DNA of 63,366 nucleotides, filler included, from Rhabdomonas costata (lineage: Eukaryota), in assembly GCA_019059605.1 (NCBI GenBank). It is 36 parts of 36 records of this genome, joined end to end, with 100 filler letters (N's around TTAATTAATTAA, not from the genome) between each part and the next. Parts side by side here need not be neighbours in the genome. Positions count along the whole stretch, not along the records: positions 37,026 to 38,688 come from JAHMHO010011075.1; positions 38,789 to 40,451 come from JAHMHO010011076.1; positions 40,552 to 42,214 come from JAHMHO010011077.1; positions 42,315 to 43,979 come from JAHMHO010011078.1; positions 44,080 to 45,742 come from JAHMHO010011079.1; positions 45,843 to 47,501 come from JAHMHO010011080.1; positions 47,602 to 49,264 come from JAHMHO010011081.1; positions 49,365 to 51,027 come from JAHMHO010011082.1; 28 more parts are not named here. The stretch is one strand, 5' to 3'. Position 1 is the first letter of the stretch. Each line of letters begins with the position of its first letter. Both the position numbers and the translations under genes were made by a program. Positions 38,323 to 50,100 of the stretch are shown one piece after another. The notes under the pieces were generated by a model, which was not told the DNA's origin, did no database searches, and saw nothing but the letters and a program-made list of their open reading frames with translations.

Positions 38323-38788
38323 CTCGTCTGGCGCCTCCGGAAATCTCACAGCCGACCTCGTCACGGCACACACACGTACAGGACCAAAAGCGATAACGAA
38401 CAAGCAAACCAGCTCTGGATGAGTATGAGAAGCGACCGAGCGCTGGGAACTCGAGATGATTGCGTTGGAAATGGGAGACATTGGGACCTCTTTGGCGAAA
38501 GAAAGCAGGCGCAAAACACGGTGGATCGTTGGACGGGGATTCCCGCCATCTTATTCTCAATTGTCCTCAGACGAAATCAAAGACTATGTACCACCTGTAA
38601 AGCCAACCGCCGCCGAATTTGTTTACAAGTTCCGGCTGATAATTAGAACAAAATTACGATCATTCGTGTTCGTGTTCCCCAAACAAAANNNNNNNNNNNN
38701 NNNNNNNNNNNNNNNNNNNNNNNNNNNNNNNNTTAATTAATTAANNNNNNNNNNNNNNNNNNNNNNNNNNNNNNNNNNNNNNNNNNNN

Positions 38789-39024
38789 GGGGTTTTGTCA
38801 AGTACCTCGTCCAACAAGGACCACGGGGGATTTGCAGAAAGGATTTGGTCCGGTCCCCAGTGGTAGTTGCAGGCGTTGTAGCCCTTGGCATGCAGGTCCT
38901 CCGGATCAGCCGAATAGTACCTGCTCAATTGGTGATGTTTTCTGCTTGCAAACAGATCCACCACAGAGGAACCAAAGTACTTGCATATTCCCATGAACAC
39001 TGTTGGACACAGAATCACATCCTC
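38789..39024 (-). pseudogene. Dam-like N6-adenine DNA methyltransferase domain of retrotransposon type (truncated by contig end)
   Basis: VFMGICKYFGSSVVDLFASRKHHQLSRYYSADPED...YHW....LSANPPWSLLDEVLDK contains the SAM-binding DLFAS (38944-38958) and catalytic NPPW (38821-38832) motifs. Confidence 0.8.
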
Positions 39025-39589
39025 CTAAATTCCAAAGTTGGGATGCGGTTCCCATGCAATCTTCATGAGCGGGGAACGGCCCTCAGTCAGATCTCGCTTC
39101 CCCACTGAAAGTGAACTAAACCGCTGTTCGAGCGGCGCAGGGTCGCTGTATAGTACCAATCCCATGCATTGCTTCCACACTGGAAGTGTAGCAGCATCTT
39201 ACGGTTGGTAGGGTGCGAGCTGAAGCACAATTCCATCCCAATCGAATCGCACTACCTTGTTGGGAATGTTCTATCGCTTCCTAATTCACTTAGTATGGAA
39301 ACACTGAAATGTATACACCAAAAATTAGTCATCCTCATGAACGGCATTGTGGTAAAATTGCTGGTTGCTTTCCTCAAAATTCTGGTCCACGTTACGTTCA
39401 GCATGTGCTTCGTGCAATATTGGAAGTCCTGGTCCACGGCTTGCTGTTGATGAGCCGGGGCATTGGAATCTACCAGTTGAAACATCAGTGCTTGTTCCAA
39501 TTCCCATTGTTTCTCTACTTGAAGAAAGGCGTCATTAGCCTGCTCATGCGTGGGCATCTGGACAACTGTGTCAAGCTCTGTCTTCTTTA

Positions 39590-40440
39590 ATGAGATCAGC
39601 TCGCTGGAATGGAAGACGGGCCTCATCTTCTTCCGATGTGGGCAGGGATGTAAATCTCAGAGGTGTTCTTTCAAGGTGATCTGCATCTTGATCTTGTAAG
39701 GACCAACGGCATTCGGTGCCAGGGGGCCAGCGGGACCCATCTGGTTCCAATGGTGTTTCATCTGGTTGATCAAGACGTCCTGCCAAACCACAAATTGATA
39801 ATTGGCACACTTGCGGTTGCCAAACTCCGCTGCCATTGCCCGTTTATGTTAAATGGCACTGTACAAAGGACCCAGTCGGAGTTCAGCTGCGCAAGCCATT
39901 CCTTGATCGTCACCGTGTTCATGCCGGTTAGCCTCTCCTCGTCAAAAAAGAAGATAGGGTGGTAGCCCAGGTTCAAAAAGTATGTGCTGAGCTATGTGCC
40001 TCCAAGAGTAGCGTTGTTGATGGCAATCTCAACAACATCCAGCAGGAGAAGCCATTTTGGCAGCCTCCAATACCTGAATTCCTGCATTTTTGCGGGTACA
40101 ATCGTCCGCAGCACCTAATTCATTTATCTGGTTTGTTCTCTCCGCGGCACCATTCCCCTGAGTATGGAACGGTAAATTCATGCGCTGAGGGCAATCACCT
40201 TTGGCGCACCACATCGTGCAAAAACAGTTCTGCCACATGTGGTGCCTTCACTTCGTCCGAGCAGGGAATCAAGATCACCTGCTTTGAAGCACTGTCCGTG
40301 GCAGTCAGCACCTCATGGGCATCTACAATTGTTCCATGTGACCTCGTGGAAGATGATGTAGTGACTTGGCCTGTTGACATGCCACGCAAGTCCTGCAATA
40401 ACTGCTCATGAGCCTCCGGAGATGTTCAATTCGGTACCGC
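39590..40440 (-). mobile_element. Decayed Ty3/Gypsy LTR-retrotransposon integrase
   Basis: In order across frameshifts and stops: YCRTCVACQQAK....PRG (Zn-binding CC), VLTATDSASKQVILIPC...AELFLHDVVR, PFHTQGNGAAERTNQ, WLLLLDVVEIAINNA...FLNLGYHP, then the GPY/F module LAPNAVGPYKI...RPVFHSSEL. Confidence 0.85.
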
Positions 40441-40551
40441 CCCCCCACCCCNNNNNNNNNNNNNNNNNNNNNNNNNNNNNNNNNNNNNNNNNNNNTTAAT
40501 TAATTAANNNNNNNNNNNNNNNNNNNNNNNNNNNNNNNNNNNNNNNNNNNN

Positions 40552-40637
40552 TTTGTCGAACAGGCATGCCGTTTTCTTGCTCTCGCGCAAGCCATCTTTG
40601 CGGAGGACGGAAGTAAACGGCATGCCTGTTCGACAAA
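40552..40637. repeat. 23-bp inverted repeat at contig start (probable fold-back artefact)
   Basis: tttgtcgaacaggcatgccgttt pairs with aaacggcatgcctgttcgacaaa. Confidence 0.7.
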
Positions 40638-41233
40638 TCAAGGAACAACCAACTCGTTAAAGGGCGACAAACCGTGGCAAGATATTAGCTATGGGTGAGA
40701 GAGATCCTACGCTCTCAGCAGCGTTTCAACTAAATGAGAGACTGGATTCTCTTGGACTCATTATTTTGAGGATGGACTTGAAGGTCTGCAAAACCAATGC
40801 GTGAGGTTCACCCTTGACCGACGTGAGTCAGCTTGGAGGGTCCGAGGATGAATCGATCGCCATATGCTAAGCCCGCAGCTGGGATCGAGGTCATCGCTCA
40901 TACCCTGTCTTTGGCGCAAATTGTGCAGGTCTTCGCACAGCACACAGCCACGGTTCCAGCAAAGCGTCTTCTCAGGCGATCCATAGGCTCTTCTTTCAAC
41001 AATGTGGGTGCGTCTGGTACAAGCTTCCTGTTTCTATGGAAGACTACCAATGCCATTCAAACCTCATTTCCAGAGGCGACGGCAGTACTATTTGAGTCCA
41101 TGTTGGTTCAGTATCCTAGCTGCATCCCTGTCCCTGTACCCCGTCGCACGCAAAACATGACAGAATGGACTGGGCTGCAGACGAAGAGCCAACTGTGCAA
41201 GCTGTGCCAAGGATAAGAGTTAGGGGCTCCGCC

Positions 41234-41911
41234 TCACTGAAAGTCCCAAATGGTATCCCACGCAACTGTGCTGTCTTCCACGATGTCAAAAAGGGTACTG
41301 CGGCGGTGGAAAGTGACCGGCGGGTCCTGTCCGCCGCCCAGCACCCCACGATGGTGCTCCATCTCCTTCAGGAACATCTGAGAGAGACAGAGGTCTTTCT
41401 CGAAGAAAAGAAAGAAAGAAAGAAAGAAGGAAAGAAAGACCCATCGAAGGGTGTGTGTGTGCATGGTCCAGTTTCATCAGATTTTCTTTATCCGTCCAGC
41501 TTCTTTCAATATCGCCCGAGGTGAGTTTGTCTCCCCCCCCCCGTCTGCCTGTCTTTATGTGTGCGGGTCCTGGGCAACTGCCAGAGTTTTGCGGTCAGCG
41601 AAACAAATCATAACATGACCTGTACATTTTGGTGGAGGGCTAGGCCGAAGCAGGCCTGGGGTCTTTTGAATAAACAGCAGGCCTCCCGAAACACTGCGTG
41701 GCCGGTCCTTGGGGTCAAGATTTCCTGACCTATCACCTTTCGTGTCCCTTTTTGCACTTTTTGTGGTTGTATGACCTATGCAACGAGAGACCCATACCTT
41801 AACATAAGTTTGGCTGGCGTGCTCGGCAAGGGGCCTTGTTGGAGCGTTCATCTCATTGCAGAACCCGCGTGCCATGAAGCTGACTCGAGGGTTGTAGTGG
41901 GACATCATGAG
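41234..41911 (-). CDS. NOC4: NOC4/CBF-domain nucleolar protein, last two exons
   Basis: Exons 41911-41798 (LMMSHYNPRVSFMA...QTYVK) and 41377-41234 (MFLKEM...PPVTF...WDFQ*) fit the NOC4 C-terminal pattern L..HY.P.V...A....Y..lf..E. Confidence 0.55.
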
Positions 41912-42721
41912 CTGCGAGGAACACATCCCCCAATACCGAGACGAGCACCCCGAGCACCCAAGTCACCAATGCCAAAGCCCTAACTAAGGCTAAACATGGG
42001 GAAGGCACAAGCAAGGAGGCGTTCGAGTGTGGTGCCGCCGCCGAGTGTTACGTCCCATGCAACACTCAAATGTTGGAGAAACGTTCAAGAGCCCTGCTTC
42101 CGTCGATCAAGGAATAGTTTCGCCAGTCACAACGACGACTCTCACGATTCATGTGTTATATAAATTAAAAACTCGACATAAAAAAGGGGCCATTACAATG
42201 GAAAAAACACACCCNNNNNNNNNNNNNNNNNNNNNNNNNNNNNNNNNNNNNNNNNNNNTTAATTAATTAANNNNNNNNNNNNNNNNNNNNNNNNNNNNNN
42301 NNNNNNNNNNNNNNTTGTTGTTGGAAGCTGCGAACACACCGATGTCTGCTTTGTTAGCCTCAACACATAACTGCAACTGGTATTTCACCCGCAAAAGGTT
42401 CGGGTTTTCTTGAGAACCCGGCAGATAGTTATGGATCACGTTTTCATTCATCCATTTGTGTACTCTGCCCAACTTGTGGACTTCATCGCTTGTCTTGTGG
42501 TTGGCCCATACGGGCCAGAAGATCGTTTCTGAAGCTTCTTTTTTCCAGGATGTTGGATTGTGACAGCGCTTACTGTCTCACCTCCGGAACTTCTTTGTAC
42601 ACCAGTCAGACGGAAAGGATTTTGGGGGCTGCAAGGTGCTTCCCACTGCAAGTGTTGTTGCACACCCTATCGGTAGCTGTTAACCGCCAACCGCTGACAG
42701 CCAACTGCACAACTGATACAG

Positions 42722-43135
42722 GAGATCGTGGACGACTGTCTGGCCAGCAGCGGAGGCTTCGTTTGCAGCTCGGGCTCGGGGTGGGTGCTGGGCGGGTGGA
42801 ACGTCCTACACGGTACCCTCAGCCATGCCCTGAAGGCCTGTGGAGCGGCCGTACAGCTGCGCACTGCACTGCAGCCATTGGTCAGCCGAACCCGGTTACT
42901 GATTCCCCCAACGCAGCTCCGACTGGCGCTGGTTTCTGGGGAGTTCCTGGTGGGCCACCTGCCGGCCACCGCAGGCCCGTCGTCGCACCACAGGGGATCA
43001 GGGGACGTGCATCTGATCGGGTGGAAGACCGCGCTGCTGCATGCCATGCTGAGGTTGGATGGGTTCCTGGGAACAACGGTGCTGATCGACCGGACCATCG
43101 CGGAGACGATGGAGAACCAGTACATCATCATGCCG
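42722..43135 (+). CDS. Class III adenylate/guanylate cyclase-like domain exon (degenerate)
   Basis: IVDDCLASSGGFVCSSGSGWVLGGWNV...HALKACGAA...LRLALVSGEFLVGHL...HLIG...LRLDGFLGTTVLID follows the cyclase secondary-structure pattern. AG/GT bounded. Confidence 0.65.
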
Positions 43136-43257
43136 GTATCTTGCCCTTTGAGCTGTGGAGCCACCGATTATTGTGCAGTGCAGTGCGTTGCAGTTTGGGT
43201 TTTGGTGGTTTTGTTTTGCGAAAAGGCATTATTAATTGTTTTCGAGTATGTCGTGCG

Positions 43258-43802
43258 GGTGTGTGTGTGTGTGTGTGTCGCCCGACAAGACAGCGGGACA
43301 AGGTACCATGGGTTGACAAGGGTGTGAGGCCCGATGGGCCCATGCCCCATCGAAAGGTGGGAATCCAGGGGGGGAGTGGACCTCGAGTCCTCCCCAGAAA
43401 AACTCATCCTTGCCAAGTGCACCAAGTGTGTGTGTGTGTGTGTGTGTGTGCTTGTGTTTGTTTGTGTGTGTGTGTGTGGTTTCCTCTGGACGGTGAGTGG
43501 GTGCCCCCTGTGGGTGAACTTTTTCTTTCCATTATCATCTCGTTGCCTATCCTTTTGCTTGACTCCTTTGCACAACTCCGAAACGTCTTTTTATGTTCAG
43601 GTTGCTTTTTGGTGGTTGTGCTGCCCAACATACCTCCCCTTACAAATGTGCTGCTCTTTTCTCCCGTACTCTTCTCCTCTCTCTTTAGGAGCGCTGCAAA
43701 TTGTGATTGAAAGGTGCCAGTGGTTGCATTTTTTGTCTCCATTCAAAAAGACAGCCTTGCTCATGCTCAAGTGTGCGATTGTGTGTGTGTGTGTGTGTGT
43801 GT
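43258..43802 (+). repeat. Cluster of (GT)n microsatellites
   Basis: GT runs at about 43258-43277, 43427-43478 and 43780-43802. Confidence 0.85.
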
Positions 43803-45329
43803 GGTGCGCCTGGCTTCGCCTGGCCTGCAATGAGCTTCTTGTGGGGGAGTGCATGAATACATGTTAAATACCTTCCGGCCTTTTGTTGTATGCATTTCCG
43901 CTTTTCTTCTTGAATCGGTGTGCGTTCAAATCAAAGAAGACGGGGCTGGTATCCCCTTCCTGAAGTGCACAAAAACCCCNNNNNNNNNNNNNNNNNNNNN
44001 NNNNNNNNNNNNNNNNNNNNNNNTTAATTAATTAANNNNNNNNNNNNNNNNNNNNNNNNNNNNNNNNNNNNNNNNNNNNGGGGTTGGGTAAAGTGGTGTT
44101 TCGGTTGGTTGCAATAGCGGCAAACCGCGGGGAGGGGTCCCCCTTCCTCGAAGTAGGTGTAATCCGTAATGGGACAAACATGCACCCTCGTTTCTTTACG
44201 GGACCCCTTAGCGCGGCGCGCGGCGCCCTTACTTGTTGCGCTTTTTTTTTTGCGCGAAGCAGTCGGTGCTTCAAGCCTCCGTAGGGCCTTCAAGGCCCAG
44301 GTTTGTGGGGGTGGGCTATCCGATGGAAAAATTCCCGAGCAAAAATTCGACGATTTTAATTTTTCGAACCTAATACCCCCCCCTCACGAAAATTTTCAAC
44401 TTTTGGGCCGCCGGGGGTGAGGAAGGAAGGCCGGGGGCAAACGAAGCTTACTCCACAACTCGTCGGGCACGTTTGCGAACCCGCGTGGTCCGAGCCCCAG
44501 CTGCAGGCTGGGAGGCGTTGGGGCTCAGTGTGGCCTCGGGGCTGGTGTATAGGGAGTGTCCAGAGTCGTCGGGTGATTGTCAGCTAATTTGGCAAGGCCG
44601 TTATTGTGGGTTTCAGACGAGCTGTGACGGTGGTCGGGAGCAAGCGCGAGAGCGCGGAGTGCAAGCGAGTGTTGACGGGGTATATGTCAGGAAGGACCTG
44701 CGGTAGGTTGACAAGGGGTTGACGTCATACCCGATCCTGAATGAGAACTCAGAAAGAAAATTAAGAACAAGTAAGTGCGCCATGATTAAACACCTGGGCA
44801 ATAGTTTTTGAGGTCAACACCAAAAGTACGTAAATTTCATCACGTTCACTATGATATCGTATACTTTATTCCTCGTCAAAAGTGTCCGTAAAGAAACACC
44901 AAAATTTCAAAAATAAAATATAAAAATGCAAAATATTCCTCAGCCAGGATGCCACAACGCTGAACTTACCACCTCCTGCTGTTGCTTCGCCAAGTCCTCA
45001 GTCCTCAGCAGGTTGGTTGTGGACAGGCGCATGCACCTTCGGTCTGCTGCGAGCCAGGTACGACTGTGGAGGTTGGGGTCACGACTCCCTCCCACGACTA
45101 CCGGTGATTCCGATAGTCAGCCTGCAGCGTGGACTGTGAGTAAGGAATGGTATAGGTGTTGTGCACCGCAGCGTTACCCAACGCGAGGGACCAGCACTAC
45201 CTGGGGCTATGACAGCAGAGCCTCTGAGGGTTACTGCATAGCTCACCCCACGTATCCATGGTCGGCTGCATCTTGAGTGACGTTGCATCACCGGTCACCG
45301 TATGACCTTAGCTCACCAGGTGTTGGTGG

Positions 45330-45742
45330 CCTCATCCACTTCACCCGTCAACGCCACTCCTCCCATCAAGCCATCAAGCCCAACGACCCTCACACCACCA
45401 ACATGCCCCAACCAACCCAACGTCACGAACACAATAACCCACTGCATGACACAACACAATACTAACCCTACACACGAACACAACAGAAGCAGAAACACAA
45501 CACTACAGCCACAGCACGTAACCTGACACACCACCACTGCACTACCACCACAGAAACAGCAAGAGACAGCAACACCAACGACGCCTCGACCCAACCACCC
45601 TGACCCACCAGCAACCACCATGACAGCCCCTCCAGCACAAACACAGCACAACAACAGCCCCAACAACCACACTGCACTACCCACAGAGACACAAACACAC
45701 ACCATGCACTGACCCTCCAACAACACTCCAACCCACACCCCA
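45330..45742 (+). repeat. A/C-rich low-complexity tract
   Basis: About 400 nt strongly depleted in G and T on the + strand, with a repeated cactgcactacc unit. Confidence 0.7.
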
Positions 45743-46342
45743 NNNNNNNNNNNNNNNNNNNNNNNNNNNNNNNNNNNNNNNNNNNNTTAATTAATTAANN
45801 NNNNNNNNNNNNNNNNNNNNNNNNNNNNNNNNNNNNNNNNNNGTGGTGGGTGTGTTTGGGTGGGTGGGGGATTCAGGGTGCGCCGGCGCCTGTCGGTATT
45901 ACAATGAAGTGCGTTTTGTGTGTGGTTCCCCAAGGAGAGGACATCAGCCTCCAAGGGAGTGCGGGGCAATGCATAGGCTCCTAGGGCATAACATTGCACC
46001 AGCGCAGGAAGCCAGAAACAGCAGCGGAGGGTGTTTTGTGGTTACTTCGAGACCCAGTTCAATCCCCTTGTTGGAAAGACGCGTTATCATGCACAACAGA
46101 TGCAATTCAAGGAAACACTTTTCATCTATACTCATCCCATGAAACCCATCGTCAAAGTGTGTGTAATTCAAGCACACACAAAAAAGCCATTTCATCACCC
46201 AATAAAACGCGGTGTATTGAAAGGTTTGGAGCACAGTGGGAATCCGATGCACACGCTTCTCAGAGAGGTTTGCAGAAAATGGAGGCCACCAACAGAGCCG
46301 GAGATGAAGGAAGCGAGAAGGATGCGGACCATGGGCGAATAC

Positions 46343-47198
46343 CGAGAGGACATCCGCAGGGGAGAGCTTTCCCTTGGTCTCGCCCTCTCTGCGAAGAATG
46401 TCGGTTCGGATTCCAGGACGCAGCCCACGCGGGTTGGTGATCAGTGGGGTGACCGAGCGTATCACCTGAACCAACCCGCGAAAAAAGAGTTGGCTGAAGA
46501 GCAAAGAGTTGCCACCCCGTTTTGCCGCAAAGCGCCACGAGAGATTCCTTGTTTGTACCCACAGTTCCGGTTGTATGCCGGAGGGCGGGGGGGGCATTCT
46601 TCCAGTCTTGCGAGTTTTGTGACAACTTTTGAAATTTTTGTTGCCGGTCCCATCGGCTGAGGGTTGTAATTAACTCCAGCCTCTCGCCTGCACCTCGCCA
46701 GTATCTCCTTTCTCCACACGGTGGGGACGTGCGTTGGATTTGTACGCTGGGCGTAGGATGTGCCCTGAGTCGCTGTCACCTGCGCATCTGATCCCAGCCT
46801 GATCCTAGTCTTCGCCTAGTCTTCGGCGAACAGCAATCTATCGCTCGAGAATATGTGTGCGTGTCACTCTACGCCCTCGAAAATTAGTTTTTTTTGCAAC
46901 TTTCTTAAAGGTTTTTTTACGGCTTCTTTTACAGAAATAACCAGCTCCCATTTTTAAATCTTTTGAAAACGATCGGGCCAAAATGTGTCTGGCCCTGGAC
47001 GTGTCGATTGAAACGGTGGAGTGCGCAATCGACACGTCCAGGGCCTTTGCGAGGTCCGTGATGGTCATGGGACTGCCGTAACTGAGCTGCTCCACAACCA
47101 GCCCCTGCACCGTGGTCATCGTCAGCTCCTTCTCCTGACCGCTGGCAAAGCCCACGATCACGGTCAGGGTGCCCAGGGAGTGCACAAGCTTCAGCATT
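46343..47198 (-). CDS. Cullin-family protein, internal exons
   Basis: RMLKLVHSLGTLTVIVGFASGQEKELTMTTVQGLVV...MTITDLAKALDVS | VIRSVTPL...ILRRE.....LSPADVLS matches the cullin homology region (RkL.w.hslG...keL.vst.Q). Exons are 47198 to about 47015 and 46465-46343. Confidence 0.7.
46991..47045. repeat. 20-bp perfect inverted repeat with 15-nt loop at a cullin exon/intron boundary
   Basis: ggccctggacgtgtcgattg (46991-47010) pairs with caatcgacacgtccagggcc (47026-47045). Confidence 0.9.
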
Positions 47199-50100
47199 CT
47201 GTTCGTACCCAAACATACACAAAGCATTCGGCAGCCGGGATGCAACAGCGGACCGGGATTGCCGCGAGCCTGAGAGCTAGCGTCAAGCAAGACGGGAAGG
47301 TGTGAAGTCCGGGCGAGTCCATGGCATCCTGCGGTATCCGTTTTGATTTGTTGAGCTCACCAGTCTTGAATGTCCGCATCGGCGTCCTTGATAATTCGGA
47401 GTGTTTGAGCTGCGCTAAAAAACGTAAGCTTCCTCCTTCGGACTTTGCTGTTCTCGGTCCCTCTCGGGTCTGAAAAGGCTGCATCGAATCGCCAAAACCC
47501 CNNNNNNNNNNNNNNNNNNNNNNNNNNNNNNNNNNNNNNNNNNNNTTAATTAATTAANNNNNNNNNNNNNNNNNNNNNNNNNNNNNNNNNNNNNNNNNNN
47601 NGGGTGGTGGGGGAAACAAAACCAAAACGGAAGAAGCAGATTGTCCAAAGTTAAGCTTTTCCAAAACACGCAAATGACAATCACAGTTGAAAATGGAGAA
47701 ACGCGAACTAGTAGCACTGAAGAGAAAATCTGAAGAGTGTTTTCACCACTCTCAATTGCGCTTCAGAACAGGTCCTTGAAGCCGCCCCCCCCCTCAGATT
47801 TTGATGTTGGTAGGGTTGGGGGTACCACTAGGGACACAGAAATTTATTATCAGCATAATTTAGGCAAACGTCCGTGTCGCCAAGCTCTTTTACTTTTTTT
47901 TGTGGAGCAAACGTATTGTCATATTGGCCAAGGCAACCCCAAACCCGCGCACCACTGCTGCAGTCGATTAGGAACACAAAACCATATCTGCTTGTGGTAT
48001 CCTCGAGCAGTGGCTCGTATTCTTGCTGGAGCTGTGGTAGCAACGATCGTCCAAAAAAAAGGGCCCCAGCAGCGGCTGCCCCACAACGAGCAAAAGAAAA
48101 GCGAAGTCACGCTACCGAATCTCCGCCGCAGCGTCTGGCGCGCCATCGACGTAAAACACGCTGAAGCACTGGTCCACCTCCACCCCAGCCTCGCCGGAGT
48201 CAACCCCCTCTCGCCCAGCTCTGGGCAAGGCCTTGGACGACAACGAATCCGGGGTGCTGTGTCGTATGCAAGTGTTTGGTAGAAGCAGGAGAAGGTTTTT
48301 GCACAGCATGAACGGACCGAATCTCGGACTGCACGCCCTTCCAGAAGACACCAGCGTCTGTGGCGCTGTGGCAGCGCTCAGTTGAAGAGAAAGTGCTTTG
48401 CCCTCATTATTCGGCAAGCTCAGTGCTGGTAAGGAACACACCATCGTCTTCTGTGCCCAAATCAGCTCTCTTCTTTCCTCTCTCGAAGCGGATTTTATGC
48501 CCCAGTTCTGCAGGAAAAAGCGAACAAACCACATTTACGGCAACGCATTGCCCCTGCTCCGACACAGGGGTGCAGGTCTTACCAGAAATACTTGTTCGGC
48601 ACCCCGCGGCACCTGACAGGGCCATATGACCTCCCCCCCCGCACAGCGAGCACTCAAAGGCGGTGTGAATTTAGACTATGACACCTGTTGTTTTCTTTTT
48701 TCTTTTCTTTTTCTTAACTTCTTTTTTTTCGCCTTTCCTTTCCCGTTTCCCCTTCTCCATCATCTTTTATTTTCGCGCACAAACGTGTACAAACTTATAC
48801 ACTACACCATCCCATTCACCCAAACCAAATGAGCACCTGGGGCTTGGCCTCTGTCTCCGTCTCCGGCGTAAGAGCAAACAGGTGCCGACTAAGGCCAGCG
48901 CAGCAACCGCGCCCTCCACGCGATGCACCCAGGCCAAGGAGGATGACGCATCCATGGAGAAATTCAGTGATGAAAAGTGCAACTCTGCAGAGTGCAGGGC
49001 TTGATATGTACTCAGGATCGAAGTACGTTCACCAACACATCAACGCGGCGGGCTGAGGAGCAATACAAGGCCTTCCCACACAGAATTGAACGAATGGTGT
49101 GTTCCCCGCCCATTTGTCCAAAGGACTTCAGCATCTTCTTGCGACAAGCACTCGGACGAATTATGGCAATGAGAGGAAGAGCGGAAATCCCGATATTTCA
49201 TCTGTGCCAAGTTGCCTCCCACCAGAAGCGTCATTGACAAGTTTCTGCGGACCCCACAACAACANNNNNNNNNNNNNNNNNNNNNNNNNNNNNNNNNNNN
49301 NNNNNNNNTTAATTAATTAANNNNNNNNNNNNNNNNNNNNNNNNNNNNNNNNNNNNNNNNNNNNTGTGTGTTTTTGTTTTATTCATCGCTACAATAGAAA
49401 AGAGTTGTGATCCGGAGCTGTTGTATTTTTTAATGGGGGAGGGGGCGTTTGACACTGTAACACGTTTAACGCCTCCCGCCCACCAAATGCACTTGTCCAG
49501 TGATCTCTCGCGCCAAACAATCAACAGCTATTTTTCCAGTTCACGGACCTGCTCTGCTGCTGGTTTATATTCCGCCTTATGGACAAGCAATGCGGCGACC
49601 CTCTCCCGCCGCTTGCCGCCGTGCTGGGGATCAGCATCAACATTGCTCACGTGTTCATCGCCCTCAGCGAGCGCGTGCTATGGGGGTTGTTGCAACCGAT
49701 CTCAAAAACATCAGCCCACATCTTGGCACGCGATCTCGTGCTGTTGTCTGGGGATCTCAGCTCTTTGGTGCTATTGGCAAATTTTCTCCGACGCATCCGG
49801 CTTGACGTGTCTCAGCAGCTCGCCCTTTTACCTTGGGGCATGGGCACGGCCGTTCTTCTGGTAAGTGTATATAAGCTTAGGCTGAGTTTCGGGGAGACAC
49901 CCTGAGCCATTTCACTTCCTGGATGCAGACTTCATCCGACTTTTGTTTTATTTCTTCCCATGTTCTGCGGGGTTTTTTTCGGCTTTCGCGAGGCGTTTCC
50001 TTGGAGGCCCCGAGCCCTTGTCGAGATACCGAGGTTATCTGCTTTGTTTTGTGGTTTTGTGCTGACTTGACTCGATTTCTTGTGCCCGTTTTCTTTTGGT

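Noticed and set aside
38789-40440. Ordinary DIRS1 element as the explanation for the methyltransferase
   Set aside because: The upstream sequence shows DDE integrase and GPY/F motifs, not RT/RNase H or a tyrosine recombinase. A chimera is still not excluded.
42490-43710. 406-aa ORF
   Set aside because: It is an off-frame read-through of the cyclase exon plus GT microsatellites (VCVCVC) and has no protein-like signal.
46031-46660. 209-aa plus-strand ORF
   Set aside because: It is the antisense shadow of the cullin exon and introns, with no recognisable motifs.
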